Shown piece after piece: positions 1 through 13,934 of a DNA stretch of 64,000 nt. Each line of letters begins with the position of its first letter. The first letter of the stretch is position 1. The stretch spans positions 3,906,001 to 3,970,000 of the forward strand of contig OZ210884.1 in NCBI GenBank assembly GCA_964658305.1, given 5' to 3'. A program made the translations under genes and the position numbers. Source of the DNA: Leptogorgia sarmentosa. Its lineage: Eukaryota. Below the pieces are notes generated by a model that saw only the letters and a list, made by a program, of their open reading frames with translations, had not been told where the DNA came from and made no database searches.

Positions 1-3000
1 CTTTTGGTTTGAACTTTTGGTTTCATTCGAACCGCAAATGCAATATAAGTTGATACCATTGACGTATAGTACCCATAGCAGAACAGAAAAATTTTGAACT
101 ACCGGTGATGGTAGTTTTTAACCTATTCAGATTGTTCGAATCCGTGCATGATTTCAAAATGAATATAATAAAGAGAATATCATACCATAGTGTTCGTGTA
201 CTTCGCCTGTACTTAGGGCTTGGTCTGTACGATAAATACCTCGATTCGTTATTTCTCTGTATATAGGCAGAGCTAGCGAGGTTAATAAAAACTTCATTAT
301 AAATTATTATGGCAACAGGCATTTTAGTTTGAACTTGTTTTCTTGTTCTTAATGTCATAATAATAGTGCTTAATATACAATACGGAGAAATTCTGAAGCG
401 CGCTAAAATATGATACAATTTTTTAAAAGGGGATATCCTTTCCCGCGCGCAATACAATAAAGTATACAAAAATTGCCAAATTTGCTTAGGCCATATTTTC
501 CTCAATTTACAATTATTCGAACAAAACTTTCAATTGTAATTTTACTAAAATTTAGCATGATCTTTCAAGCCGTTTATGAAAAAATTCCTTTAAAATTTTA
601 GTTATAACTTACAACGTTAAAGTTCAATTCATATTGTTCTGTATTGTTTCAACAATGAGGAAATGATTGCAAAAATAATATTTTTGAAATTATACATATT
701 ATCTGTTTTTAACCTGGTTTTTATACGTAAATTTGGTGCAAACAAATGAAATATTCACATCAAACATAGAGTCGTTTGTAGCCTTGGAGCAATAACCTTA
801 ACTTCTAGATTTGAATCCTTAGTGTACGCCCTTAATAGGGCCTATTTTAGTGTGCAGTATTGTACTCTTTGTGCAGTATTGAATAATAAGTATGCAGTAT
901 TGAATGCAAAAGAGCGCAGTATTGAAATTTGAGATTAAAAGTTTCAACTTTAGCTATATCAGATGTCCTGTGAGAACAATTAATGCACACGAAAAATTAA
1001 GTTCTGATATCTAAAATGACTTTGCAAAAAATTTATTTGGTAAAGTCACATGAAAGTTTGGCGAAATATTAGCCAGAGCAAGTTTCCAGTAAATCCAATA
1101 TTAAACCTCCAGAAGATCGCAGTGCTTTGTGCAAATCGCGCCTTTATAAATTTACATTTATATAACTTAAACGTTAAAACATGCTATCACAAGATATCAT
1201 CGCTATTGATATTTGGTCGGAAGTGTGCAGTATAGAAATTTCCTTATAGAATAGGCCCTTGCATGGTTCGTCTTTGTTTTCGCCTTTTCGAAAGTCTTTA
1301 GTGCTCGCCCTCATTACAGCCTGCCATATTTTTGAGATCGTGATGACCACCATTAACCATACACTTGAGCCAAGAAGGCGGCGAAATAACGCTACGCTTT
1401 GCTTTTCTTCACCTGCATGAATGGTGCAAATAGCCGTGCGGAATTAGTACCGCTCGCACCTTGGCTCGGGAAAGATATGTTATTTCCATTCACAACTTCA
1501 ACAGCAGAAAATCACACATCTACATTTTTACAATTTGCCTAAATAGCAATAGACCCACTTGAGTCGTCTACGATGATTTTGTAACATGGAAATGTTTTTA
1601 CACAAACACAAACTTTTCATTTCTAATTTGTAGCATCGGACGAAATGACGATGTTGATGTCCAACACATTTCCATTGAAAAACCAGATCCATGTTGTGGA
1701 GCTGGATTCTTGCGTCTCTGGGCATGGTTACAGAAGATATTTTTTCTTTTGCTGGAGAAAATTTTTGAAAAATCTGCCATGTTCATTTCAAGGCGCCCAT
1801 TTCTTGTGATATTCTTTTGCCTATTCCTTGTGATTACTCTGACGTGTGGTTTTTCCAAATTGAAGGTCGAAAGTAATGTAAAATACTTGTTTTTGCCCGA
1901 AGACAGCCAAGCATCACAGGATTTACAAAAGGCAAGACGTCTTGGCTTTGAATTTGAATTTCGACAAGAAGAGGTCATCTTTTTGGCTAAACATAATGCG
2001 TCTCTATTGTCGAAAGAATGCTTGTCTGAAATTGTTGACTTGCACAAAATTATTACTGAGATAAAATATTACAACCAGCAGTGCTTTAGGGCAAACCCAA
2101 ATAGCACGTGTGCATCGACAAATTTGTTAGAAATCTTCGATTATCAAAAGAAAAATTTGTTCGATATTTCACGGCAAATTCAAACTGCACTCTTGAACGA
2201 CACATTTTTGATGTCAAATGGAAGACGATTTCAAGATAATTTCAATCAAATATTTGGGAAAGGCTCTTCGAATGGTTCACTTGATTCTTCAACGGCTCTA
2301 AGAATTGTCTACTTCATGAAAGAATATTCAAGAGGAGACGAGAAAAGAGATGGCATACTAGAATGGGAAAATATTTTTCTTGATGAAGTATCGTCTTTTG
2401 CAAAAAACACGACATGTGTAAATATATTTTACTCCGCAGAAAGGAGCCTAGATGATTCAGTGAGTGAAAGTACTACCTCTGACATAAAGTTCTTTGCAAT
2501 GACCTTTGTAATAATGGGAATTTTTAGTGGAGTTATAAACAGTAGATGCGGCGATGGTCGCTTTGGACACCAACTTTTAGGGTTCACTTCCTTGTTAGCC
2601 ATTTATTTCGGTATCACAGCCGCGCTCGGTTTCTTAATGTTCATCGGTGTTCCCTTTGTCAGTCTGGTTGGTGTTCTTCCATTTTTGGTGGTCAGTATTG
2701 GTATAGATGATGTGTTCATTATTCTACACGAGCTGAATGATATGGTCCGACAAAATATCCCAGCAATGTATATGCTCAGTGGTACAATGGCAAGAAGTGG
2801 TCCAACTATAACCATGACGACTCTCACTGACCTCGTAGCATTTGCCGTTAGCTGTCGTTCCATCTTTCCAGCAATTCGCTTCTTCTGCACGTACGCTGCA
2901 GTAACAATTTGTTCTGCCTTCTTAATGCTGGTGACATTTTTTGTTGGTTGCATGTGGTTCGATATCAAACGAGTAAATGCTCAACGCAGAGATTTGTTGC

Positions 3001-6000
3001 CTTGTTTAATGAGTCCAGAACAAACCAGCTGCTGTTTGAATATTCGGAAAAACGGATTTGACAATGCAATGAAAGCTTGGGGGAAGTTAATAACTTCTCT
3101 TCCCGGGAAAGTTGTGGTCTGTTTGTGCTCCTTACTTCTCTTGTCTGGTGGGATTTATGGCGCTCTCAATATAGACGAAAGTTTTAACAGGCAATTGTTA
3201 ACATCCGAAGATTCATACTACCGGCAATTCCTGCAGATTTATGAAGGAAACTTTTTTCTCAATATCGAAGTCAGCATAATTTTTCCTGGACAATTCGATC
3301 ACTCGAGTAAAGACATTCAGGAAATGTACTCGGATGTGGTAAAAGTTTCGGAAAGTAGTGAATATTTCATTCCGAGAAGAAGTTCATGGCTGTCTGAATA
3401 CCAGTCCTGGGCCAAGGAAGAAAACATTGACATAAACGATACCAGCATCTTCTACAAAAACTTGCGTCATTTCATTTCATTGCCAAAATTCAAACGATTT
3501 TCTCAAGATCTGATGTTTTCTGAAAATAAAGAACATTTGTTGGCTTCGAGACTCCTAATATATTCCAAAGATAGCTCCGATTCAATCTTTCAGAGAGATA
3601 TGATGATAAGCATTAGGGAAGATTTATCTCGTCTGACGGAACACAATGCTTTTGCCGTTGCCCCATCTTTCATATACTTTGAACAGTATGCTCATGTTCT
3701 TAGCGAAACAATCAGGAACATAATTGTGGCTGGAATATCAATACTCCTCATATCGTCAATGTTTTTGAATCATTTTGCAATAATAATTTGCTTGCTGTGT
3801 GGATTTATTGCTCTGATTATCGAACTTTTAGGACTAATGTACATATGGGACGTTTCTATAAACTCAATTTCTATGATAAATCTTGTTATGGCCCTTGGGT
3901 TTTCCGTGGATTACAATGCACATGTGGCATTTCATTTTGTTTCCTCCAAGGCAGACTCCAACGAGCTTCGGGTAATTGATGCCCTCGGTAAAATTGGCGG
4001 TAGTGTTTTCCTTGGAGGATTAAGCACGTTTCTTGGAATGATGCCTACAGGATTTGCTTCCTCTACAGTATTTCAAATTTTCTTCAAAATGTTTGTTGGC
4101 ATAGTCTTTCTTGGTCTGTTGCATGGTTTAGCTATGTACTGCCCGTGTACTTAACATTACTAGGAAATTTTTGTGACTTCCGTGAAATGAATATTGATGC
4201 ATTTATTTCCAAAACGTTTAATCATCCAATCAAACACAAGCCTGGCGAAATTACCGAATCGAGTATCAACTCATCTAACTATCTTGCGAATGATGAAAGA
4301 CCCAGTCCCGTTGGTGTCGTTGGAATGGCTTGTCGTTTTCCTGGTGGAGTAAACTCAAAAAATGATTTTTGGGATCTATTGGTGGAAGGTCGATGCGTTA
4401 TTGGGTATTATCCCACAAACAGACCCGACTCTAGAGCCTTTACCGACTGCTTCAGTTCTGGAAAAAATACACCTGGGAAACATCACGTTCTTACTGGTGG
4501 CTTTCTCGAACACATTACTGGGTTTGACGGCCAATTTTTCGGGATTTCTCCATCAGAATGTCGATCAATGGATCCCCAACAGCGCATACTTCTTCAAGTT
4601 GTATACGAAGCAATAGAAGATGCTGGGATCCGCCTCGAAGATTTGCAGCAATGTCGAACTGGTGTTTATGTTGGATTAATGAACTCAGACTTTAACTTAC
4701 TTGTTATGCAACAATCAAATATTCGAAATGTTGATCAATTTTATTCTACTGGATGTGCTCCATCAATTGTCGCCAATCGCATTTCTTTCGCATTCAACTT
4801 AACCGGTCCAAGCTTGACGTTAGACACAGCGTGTTCGTCCTCCCTAGTAGCCTTGGATATTGCTTTCAGACATTTACAAACTGGTGAATGTGACGTAGCA
4901 ATCGTGTGTGCTCCGAATATTCTTCTAACGGGTTACCAGTATCACATTGCATGCTGCAGGAGCGGGTTGTTAGCTGACGACGGTCGATGCAAAAGTTTCG
5001 ATATAAAAGGAGATGGATATGGCCGGGGTGAAGGTGTAGCTGCAGTAGTAATCAAACCAGCTAAAACAGCCCAAGAAGATAATGATGATATTTATGCAGA
5101 AGTCGTTGCTTGCGGAGTAAATAATGATGGGCAAACAGCAATTCCCATGACAGCACCCAGTGAAGTGACCCAAGCTGCGTTATTTCAAAGAGTTCTTCAG
5201 GAATCTGGTCTTTCCAAAGATGAGATACAATACGTCGAAGTACACGGCACTGGAACAGCCATTGGTGATGTCGTTGAAATGGGATCAGTAGCATCGGTTT
5301 ATGGAAATAGCAGCAATAGAACACTTCGTCTAGGATCGGTGAAGTCGAACATAAACCACACAGAGTCAACTGCCGGTTTAGCTGGGTTAATCAAAACATG
5401 CTTGATGATAAAACATGCTCGATTTGTCCCTACCATTAACGTACATGAGATCAAACCGCAGCTCAAGATATCCGACAGAAAAATGATGGTTCAACTTTGC
5501 AATGAATCTTGGGATACGAAAGATGGAGCACCAAGAATGGCTGCAGTTTCATCGTATGGATTTGGCGGTACAAATGCTCATGTAATTGTCAGAGAAGTCA
5601 TCAAAATCCCTGAAACTGTAATATCGAAACGAAGTTCATCTAACAGTGTGATGACGTTATCTGCTGCTTCAAAAAATGCGTTGAGAGAACTGGCCCAGAA
5701 AGTGTCCCTGTCGGTTCAGACAAAATCAGATGACGACCAGATACTTAAAGATAATATTTGCTATTCGTTGAATGAAAGATACACAGTGCATTCTCATCGT
5801 TTAGCGCTAAGCTTTTCTTCTCTTCAACGTGCCTCTAGGGTTTTAAAAATCTTTGCTGATCAAGAAAGTGGATGGGAAAAATTAGTAGCTTACGGCGAAG
5901 TGCATAATCAGCGTGATAAGATTGTCTTCCTGTATGGCGGTCAAGGTGCTCAGTGGTATGGCATGGCAAGAGAAATGTTGATTCATGAGCCGAAATTTAA

Positions 6001-9000
6001 AGAGAGCATTGAAAAAATTGATTCATTACTTAAACGTTATGGTGCTTCTTGGTCCCTAATTTGCGAGCTCAACAAGTCTGAAGAAAATTCCCATCTTCAT
6101 GTAAATCCCATTGGACAAACTGCCTTGTTTGCTATTCATTTTGCGCTAACTGAATTACTGGAATCTTGGGGTGTCACACCATCTGCTGTTGTTGGTCATA
6201 GTCTGGGAGAAATATCCGCAGCCTGGGCTTCCGGAGCGTTACGTTTACACAAAGCATTACAACTTGTTTTATTCCGCTCCCAGCTTCATGAGAAATGTTC
6301 ACCTACAGGGTGCATGGCTGCCATTGGTCTTTCAGAAACGGATGCACAAGCTATGCTGCAAGATATTGGATTGGAAAATGAAGTTGATGTTGCAGTCGTC
6401 AACAGCCCAGGGAACGTGGTGCTATCTGGCAGTAGAGATTCAATAGAGATCGTTGAAACTCATGTGACTAACTCACGAAGTGATGTATTCTGGAAGAAAC
6501 TTGCAACTACGCGTGCATACCATAGTCGAGAAATGGAAGAAATAAAGGCATCATACTTCAGGCTCACAAGTAAATTCAACGTACGTCAGACGCACAGTAG
6601 TATCCCGTTTTACTCAACAGTTACGGGTGGTCAATTATCCGGTCAACTTCTGTCACTAGAGCACTGGTGGAAAAACATTCGCCAAGCTGTTTTATTCGAG
6701 CCTGTATTGAAAACCATATTTTCCGATGGTTATCAGTTCTTCATTGAAATCAACGCTACTCCTCAACTCTCATATCATATTCGTCACACGTGGTCCTACC
6801 ATCAAACGGTAAGTTCCCTCAATGCAAATAATGCTGTGGTCATCGAAACTCTTGCAAAACGTTCATCCAATCACCAGCACCTCTCCTTTCTTCAAAATTG
6901 TGCTGCCAATCTTTTTACAAATGGCGTTCAACTTACTTGGAGTAAGTTGCAAAACTCAGGATCTAAGTCATTTCTCAAACGTCCAGTGTATCCATGGCAA
7001 GAAATTGAGTTTTGGTACCGCGATGAAGAACCCCCAGAAACTGTTAGATTCCTTGATGACAAGAAACCTGCAGAAAATAAAGACATCGCCGCCTTTCATC
7101 CTCTCCTTGGAAGATCTGTGCCAACGCAACTGTTCACCGGTTTACAAGCTTGGGAATCCGAAATCAATTTGCACGATGTTTCGTACATTAGCGACCACAA
7201 GTTCACTGAATCTTCTGTCCCAGTGCTGCCAGCTGCTCTTTACGTTGAGATGGTTTTAGCAATAACGCTACATTCATTCCCAAGATCAGCTCCTGATATT
7301 CAAGACATCAGCTTTGATCATTTGCTGACCATCTCCGAAAGTGACTCGCTCAAAATTAGAACACGTCTCCTGCCTGAAGAATATCCTGGTGATAAAAAAC
7401 AATTTCAGATTACAATAGTTGGTGAAAATGAGACTGAGGTGGTTCTCTCCAAAGGCTTCGTGCAGCAAGGCGTCAATGATGGCTACAGAACAGAAGGTAA
7501 GAAAAAAATTTGAAATAAACACTTATAGTTGTTTTGGGGCCGAAATAAAAATATTAGCAATATATGTATGTTCTCACAAGCAATACCGAGAAGGTTGATA
7601 TGGACTAACACCGTAGGCCCTCAGCGAGTACCAACATTCAAGCTTCTCTGCAATTAAGAAAACTATGATACACGTAAGGGCAAAACAGTGATAGTAATTA
7701 TTCTTCAATTGACAAAAGCCGATGACAAAATGAGTGTGGTTTTCAAAAATACATTTCAAATTGCAAATACTATATCTTGAATAAATTAAATGAATAGATA
7801 CCGTTTGATGGCAGATGGACCTTTGTTGGAAAAAGCGGGTATTGGTTAACGTTGATAATTGAATAGTGATCTTTTGTTACAATATGTGACAAAGAAATTC
7901 GTTCATTTCGGAGAAATTGTTGTCAGTACAGTTCGAAAAAACCATAATAATTGGCATGGAGCCACTTGAAATTTGTTGTAATTAAAGTGAATCTTGACTT
8001 GGCATGTAAACACCAGTGTACAACTGCTTTACTACAACCTATGTATATAAATCCATGCGCTGCCCAATTAAAGCAAAATTTTGTTCCAATCTTTATTTGT
8101 ATTACTTATTAATTTAGGAGTGTACCAACAAGAGAATTCCAACGTTATTGAAACTTTTAAATCGACTATGGTTAACCACTTCTCAAACGATTATTGCGAA
8201 AAGAAACGTCAAGAGAAAGGGTTTGCATTCGGGCCTCAATTTGATATAATAAAAGAGGCATGGTCCAGCAACAATGAAGCACTTGCACTCATACGTCCAA
8301 CCGAAGAAATTACAAAAGAAGCATCATCTTATGTTATTCATCCGTCCATCATTGACGCATGTTTCCAAACAATGATTTTGGTTAAAGCTTTCGAAGGTAA
8401 ATTTGTGCCTAGAAAAATAACACGTGTCACGATGGTGCAAAAACCTATATCCATGAAACAGTTTTATGCGCACACGCAGATCTTGGGATCAGAGAAAACG
8501 CCAACTTACAATATCACGCTAATGGATTGCCACGCCAGACCAATCATGATTATTGAGAAATATGCCACAGCAGAAATCTCATCAGATATGTCAAACGTAA
8601 CTTATGAGAATTCATCATTCACCCTCGGTTGGGAAGTGATAAAGCCCGAAACATCTGAATCTGCAAATCACGATTTCATTTGGCTTATTCTTAGCGATCA
8701 AAGCATGTTTGCCAAACGGTTTATACAACATATCCCAGCTAGTGAAAGGATGCTTTTGTTTGATGAAACATCGGACAAATTTTCTAAGGTATTAGAGGAA
8801 GTAGAAAGCAAGATGAAGAGGGATGAAAAGTTGTTGGTGATTAATTTTTGGCCAGTGGATTGTTCAAAATATGAAGGCGATACGGACAGCGTTGGCGCTA
8901 CCCATGAGTTGGCATTTGAAAGTTGTCTTGTCATATCACAGGAAATTCTAAAGAGGGAAGTCTTGTCCAAAAGGGCTCATCTTGTCTTCGTCACTTCAGG

Positions 9001-12000
9001 AGTCGTTATTATTCCTGAACATGATCCTGTTGTTGCTAATCCGGACACTTTTCCGTGGTCTGCTTCTCTTTTTGGATTCAGGAGGACCTTCGCAGAAGAA
9101 ATCAAAGCACCAAGTGCGTCTTTAGTTGATTTGCCTTCCAATCCGGGGGATGAAGATTTCCAAATCTTGGTGGAAGATCTACGGAAGCCTGCTATGGAAG
9201 AAGAAATTGTTTACAGAAATGGGGTGCGTTATGGGAATCGCATTAAAGAATTGTGTCCAAGCGAAGCACGTTATACCAAGCCTACGTCTCCTTTCAACAA
9301 ATGTGGAGAACAAATTCCATTTAAGATGACACGGATGTCCGGGCAGTGGTTTCTTCAAAAAAGATTAAATGACGAAATAAATAAAAGAAGTAAAATTGAA
9401 GTCTACTACGCTTGTCCAGTACTTCAAAAGCGATGGGAAGATCTTACAACCAATGATCGCATGGCATTTGCAGGGAAATTGTTGAATCAAAAGGAAGAAA
9501 ACCGAGTTTCATCTGTGGTTGGTGTTTGCAAAGTTGACGACCTCGGAAGTTACATTGAAGTAGAAAAATGTTCTTTCTCAGCGATTAATTCTCAGTTCTC
9601 CCCTCAGCAAGCTGCGTCACTCAGTTTTCCACTTGCAATATCCTACCATATCCTTGCCAATCTTCTTGGTGTTATCCAGGGACAGAAAGTTCTTATTTAC
9701 AATGAGAACGAGGAAGTATGCTGTATTTTTGCTTGCGTTGCGCTGTCGTTGGATATAAAAGTCATGTGCGTTGTCCAAAATGCTTCAAATAAAGATCAAA
9801 TGAAGAAATTTGAAAACTTGGTGGTTGTTTCCGAAGACGAAATAAAAGCGGCCCAGCTGAATCATATGAGATGTATGGATTTAGATGCTGCTTGCTTTTT
9901 TAGTAAAAGCAGTACATTTGTCACTCAACAAATAATGAAACATCTTAAACCTGGTGCAAGAGTGATTATTGGCAATCAGGAAAAAAATGCAAAGTTTGAC
10001 ACATTCATTTCCGGTAAAAATGTCCAATGTACTGTTATCGCTAATATGGAAGATATGCTTGAGTATTCGTGCGATTTTTCGAAGTTATTGGTTTCATGCT
10101 ATTCAGCTCTTCAATCGAAGAATCTGTTAGAAAGACTTCTGGAAATTCCTCAACTAGTGTCAAGTATATATGACATGATGAATGATGCTTCTAAGAACAC
10201 AGCTAACGAATCGTCGTGGAAAACTGGTTTCCACACAGTATCTTTGAAGCCAACGAATATTCCAGAAAAAGTGGATTTCTACAGCTTACCACTAGACACC
10301 AATGGTTTAAAAGCTGATCGTACATACCTCGTGATTGGCGGCGTTCGCGGTTTTGGGTTCGAATTCGCCAAATGGATGGTGGAAAACGGTGCAAAAACTG
10401 TCTTGTGTACGTCTCGTTCAACAGCGAGTGCGGAAAAGAAGGCATTGGTTCGACAGTTAGAAGAGAATAATGGATCGCGCATTCTTCTACGGCAAGCAGA
10501 TGCTACCTCTTACGAAGACATGAATCAAATTAAGAAAGAATTGGAAAGTTTACCTGCAGTAGCTGGAATTGCTTTCACCGCCATGATATTGGAAGACCAA
10601 ATGCTCACCCTAGCCGACCAGGAAACATGCAAAAAGGTCATGGAGACAAAAGTAAAAGGTAAATTTTTAATGCCGCGGTCACCACCACTCGTTCGCATGC
10701 TTTGTGCATTGTTAATATCGATTACTGTTCTCTCTAATATAAACCTTTCCTCATGTTTCTGTGTAAAATGTTCAAGAGTATTTTTCGGTAACTGAATAAG
10801 TTATTTGGTGGGTAAATTAACTACACGATTTTCCTTAAAAATCACAGTACTTTCGCCACAAACTACATCAACAGACTTACATCCCAAAGAATTCCATGAA
10901 GAAAAGCTCATTGGAGGATGTTCTCTAATTCACGACATAGTGTCTCAATAAAGCCAGTTTTGCCATGCATTTAAACAATATTTTGTCCTTTTGTTCTTAT
11001 TTTTGTTTGTTTGCTTTTTCTTTAAGTTCTGATAGGTCAAATGAATTTGCATTTACATGTATTTCCGCAATTTTGTCTTTATTTCAAAAATCATATCATG
11101 CAAACTGTGAATAAATGAATAATTGTACAACACTCGACCAATCGGCATCCAATAATTTTCTTATGTAATTAATGAAATTCCAATGTACCATGCACAAAGG
11201 TATGTTACCGTAGTTTTGTACTAAAATTATTTTCCCTTTTTACGGTATAATATAGGAAGTGTTATCCTTCACCAACTCAGTTTATCGATGGACTTAGATT
11301 TCTTTATCATGTTTTCTTCATTATCTGGCGCCCTTGGGAATATTGGGCAAGTTTCGTACGCTGCAGCCAACTCATTTATGGATCAGTTGTGTGAATATCG
11401 TCGACAGAAACTTGGCCTGCCCGCTCTGTCTGTTAATTGGGGACCGATCAGTGGAACTGGAGTGCTCGAGAGAAAAAGAAATGTTGCCTCAAATCTGGAG
11501 AAGGGCGGTTTACGTGGTTTACACTACACGACAGGTATTTTTTAGCGTCTTTATAAAATGGAAATAAATCTGATCGTTTTCAGATTATTTAGGGGATATT
11601 TAACCTTGTTTAAGTGATAATATTGAACAAACAAAAAATTTTGACATTGAAGTTTTCGTAACTATATTGTAAGAGTAGTCTCTTTGAGAATTCTACAGTT
11701 GGACAAATATTTTGTTATGCACAATATCTATACGAACGAGATACAGATATTATTATGAATGGCCCATACACATGAGCTATAAATTCCTCAAAGAAACTTT
11801 TGATTTTGCAGAAGAAATGAATTTTCTTTTTTTCCATAGCAATCGAGTTTTTAAAGCGTGTCTTACTTGAAAGCTCTGACCAAACTCAAGTGTGCTTGGC
11901 TGCGGTAAATTGGCAGGTCTATCTGCAAACTCATACTTCTCTCAGGCTACAAATATTTCGAGATAAAATGCAGATAACGAAAGGAGAGGAAAAAGACATG

Positions 12001-12384
12001 ACTCTGGAGGACCTGGGGCTACAACCGTTGGAGTTCAGAATAAATTACGTTCAAGAATATATCAAGCGATTGCTGTCTTCGTGGTCGGGATCTGATGTCG
12101 CCGAAATTGACCTAAATGTTGCACTGGTCAAATATGGAATTGACTCGATTACTGCAACAAATATGAAACTGCAAATACAAAATAGCATTGGCGCTGTCTT
12201 CGAGGTAGGTATCATTAAAGACGCATTATTATTAAATATAGGTGCATGTGTGCACGGCGGAAAATGAACAACTTGTTGCTTGCATTATTTTTAATAACAG
12301 CAATGAAAATTGCCAATATTGTTAATAGCTGTCAACAATATTGTTCATCATTGTTATACCCGAGTGAAACACAACAATATATAT

Positions 12385-13128
12385 ATGTTATTTACCAGCT
12401 GGGAGGTCCGTACTGGAAAATATTTTGTCGAGGTCTCAAAAACAGTCCGAGGCCGAAGGCCGATGGACGTTTTTGAGACCGAGACAAAATATTTTCCTGT
12501 ACGGACCGACCTAAATGGTAAATAACTTATTTATTTTTTTTCTCCTCGATGTTATGATAAAATTCGTCAAAAATTCCAGTGTTGCGAACTAGATTTTGAG
12601 ATCAGTTTGTTTGTTTACTTTGCTACTCTATCGCAAGTATGGCTGCTAAACAGCCAAGACGAAGTGAGAAAAAACCCTTCAATATTGACGCATTTGCTTC
12701 AATATTGACGCTTTCCCACTCAACAATACTACGAAAAAGGTAAACTTATTAAAACTATTTATTTTCCCGTTCGTTTCACGATACAAACATGGTTAAAATA
12801 CGCTTTAGACACCGAAATATTTCGCCAAGAATGTTTTGTTTTGTTCATACTGATGAGACTTTGTTGATATTTATGAGTTTTTGTCGCTGTAAATACCCAC
12901 TAAAAAATCCCTTAGCATAATAAAATGAACTTTCATGTATTCTTTATCGTCTAAATTCGTTTTGAATGTTTTAAAAAGCGGCCATTTAATTTTAAAAACA
13001 AAAACATTGACTATATTTGTATCTACGAGAGTGCGGCCGGTCCGTACCGTAGGATACGGACCGCTCGGCAACCAATCAGAAAGCTCTATTTAGGTTACGG
13101 ACCGGAGTTACGGACCGGAAAAAAATAA
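12385..13128. mobile_element. Hairpin-bearing dispersed repeat in PKS intron 4 (also at about 41240-41983)
   Basis: Imperfect palindrome at 12387-12526 centred on CCGAGGCCGAAGGCCG; the other end has CCAATCAG and AAATAA. Confidence 0.55.
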
Positions 13129-13397
13129 TGTTCGATATCATTGACAACTATGAACAATATTGGCGGCAAAACATTGCTCAAACCTGTAGAACTGCAGGCT
13201 CGAAATTTTTTGCTGTGTAACAGTAGTAGCAGCAGGTCAAAGTCAACCTTATAAATGTTTGACGGATATGCGTCAATTCTAAGGTTTTTTCTTTGTTCCT
13301 ATAGAAATTGTTGTCTGCGCATCTGTATTTCATGAAAAACTGTTGAAGTATATGCAAATATGAACGGTCTCTTTGAAAAAAATACTATAGCTTCTAC

Positions 13398-13934
13398 TAT
13401 ATTAGTTTAGCATAAATTTTCAAGTAACTATAACATTTCCTGCAATCTGATTGGTTAAAATTTGCTGTCTCTGGTGTTATAGTCACTGGGCAGTGACTAT
13501 AAAGATTTTCATAATTAAAATTCAAAATGGCCGCTCGGTTTGCTGAAGTTTCGCAGGAGGAAATTGACAAAATTAAACAAGAAAGCATCCCCAAGAAAGT
13601 TAAACAAGCGACAAAATATGGTTTAAAAATCTTTCAAAGTAAAATATTTTATTTATTGTTATTTTTATGCAACAAAACTGGCTTTTTTCACTAGCAAAGT
13701 GGCGATATGAGCGTGAACTATTTTATGTAAACAAACTATAAGCAAAGTAAACAAAACTTGAATTTCTACTTAACAGACAGTTTGAATCAAATCAGTTTGA
13801 CCTGGGAATTTATACTAAAACAATTAGTCGCCTCAGGCTTCGGTGATTACAAGCTCATAGTCACCTCGGCGCTTCGCGCCTTGGTTACTATGACCTTGTA
13901 ATCACCTCGCCTTCGGCGACTAATTGTTAAATAC
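13398..13934 (+). mobile_element. Non-autonomous Crypton-like element retaining a short first coding exon (also at about 42253-42789)
   Basis: CTGATTGG motif, then ATG at 13527 encoding MAARFAEVSQEEIDKIKQESIPKKVKQATKYGLKIFQ followed by GT. This resembles the N-terminus of Crypton/DUF3504-type tyrosine-recombinase proteins (recognised from memory). A long terminal hairpin lies at 13819-13929. Confidence 0.55.

Noticed and set aside
23..505. 160-aa minus-strand ORF and other short or antisense ORFs
   Set aside because: It is frameshifted in the duplicate (28188-28960) and has no recognisable motifs. The antisense ORFs merely shadow real exons.
4131..4154. Programmed ribosomal frameshift joining ORFs 1710-4154 and 4145-7513
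   Set aside because: There is no slippery heptamer, and the paralog is simply in-frame, so an indel explains it.
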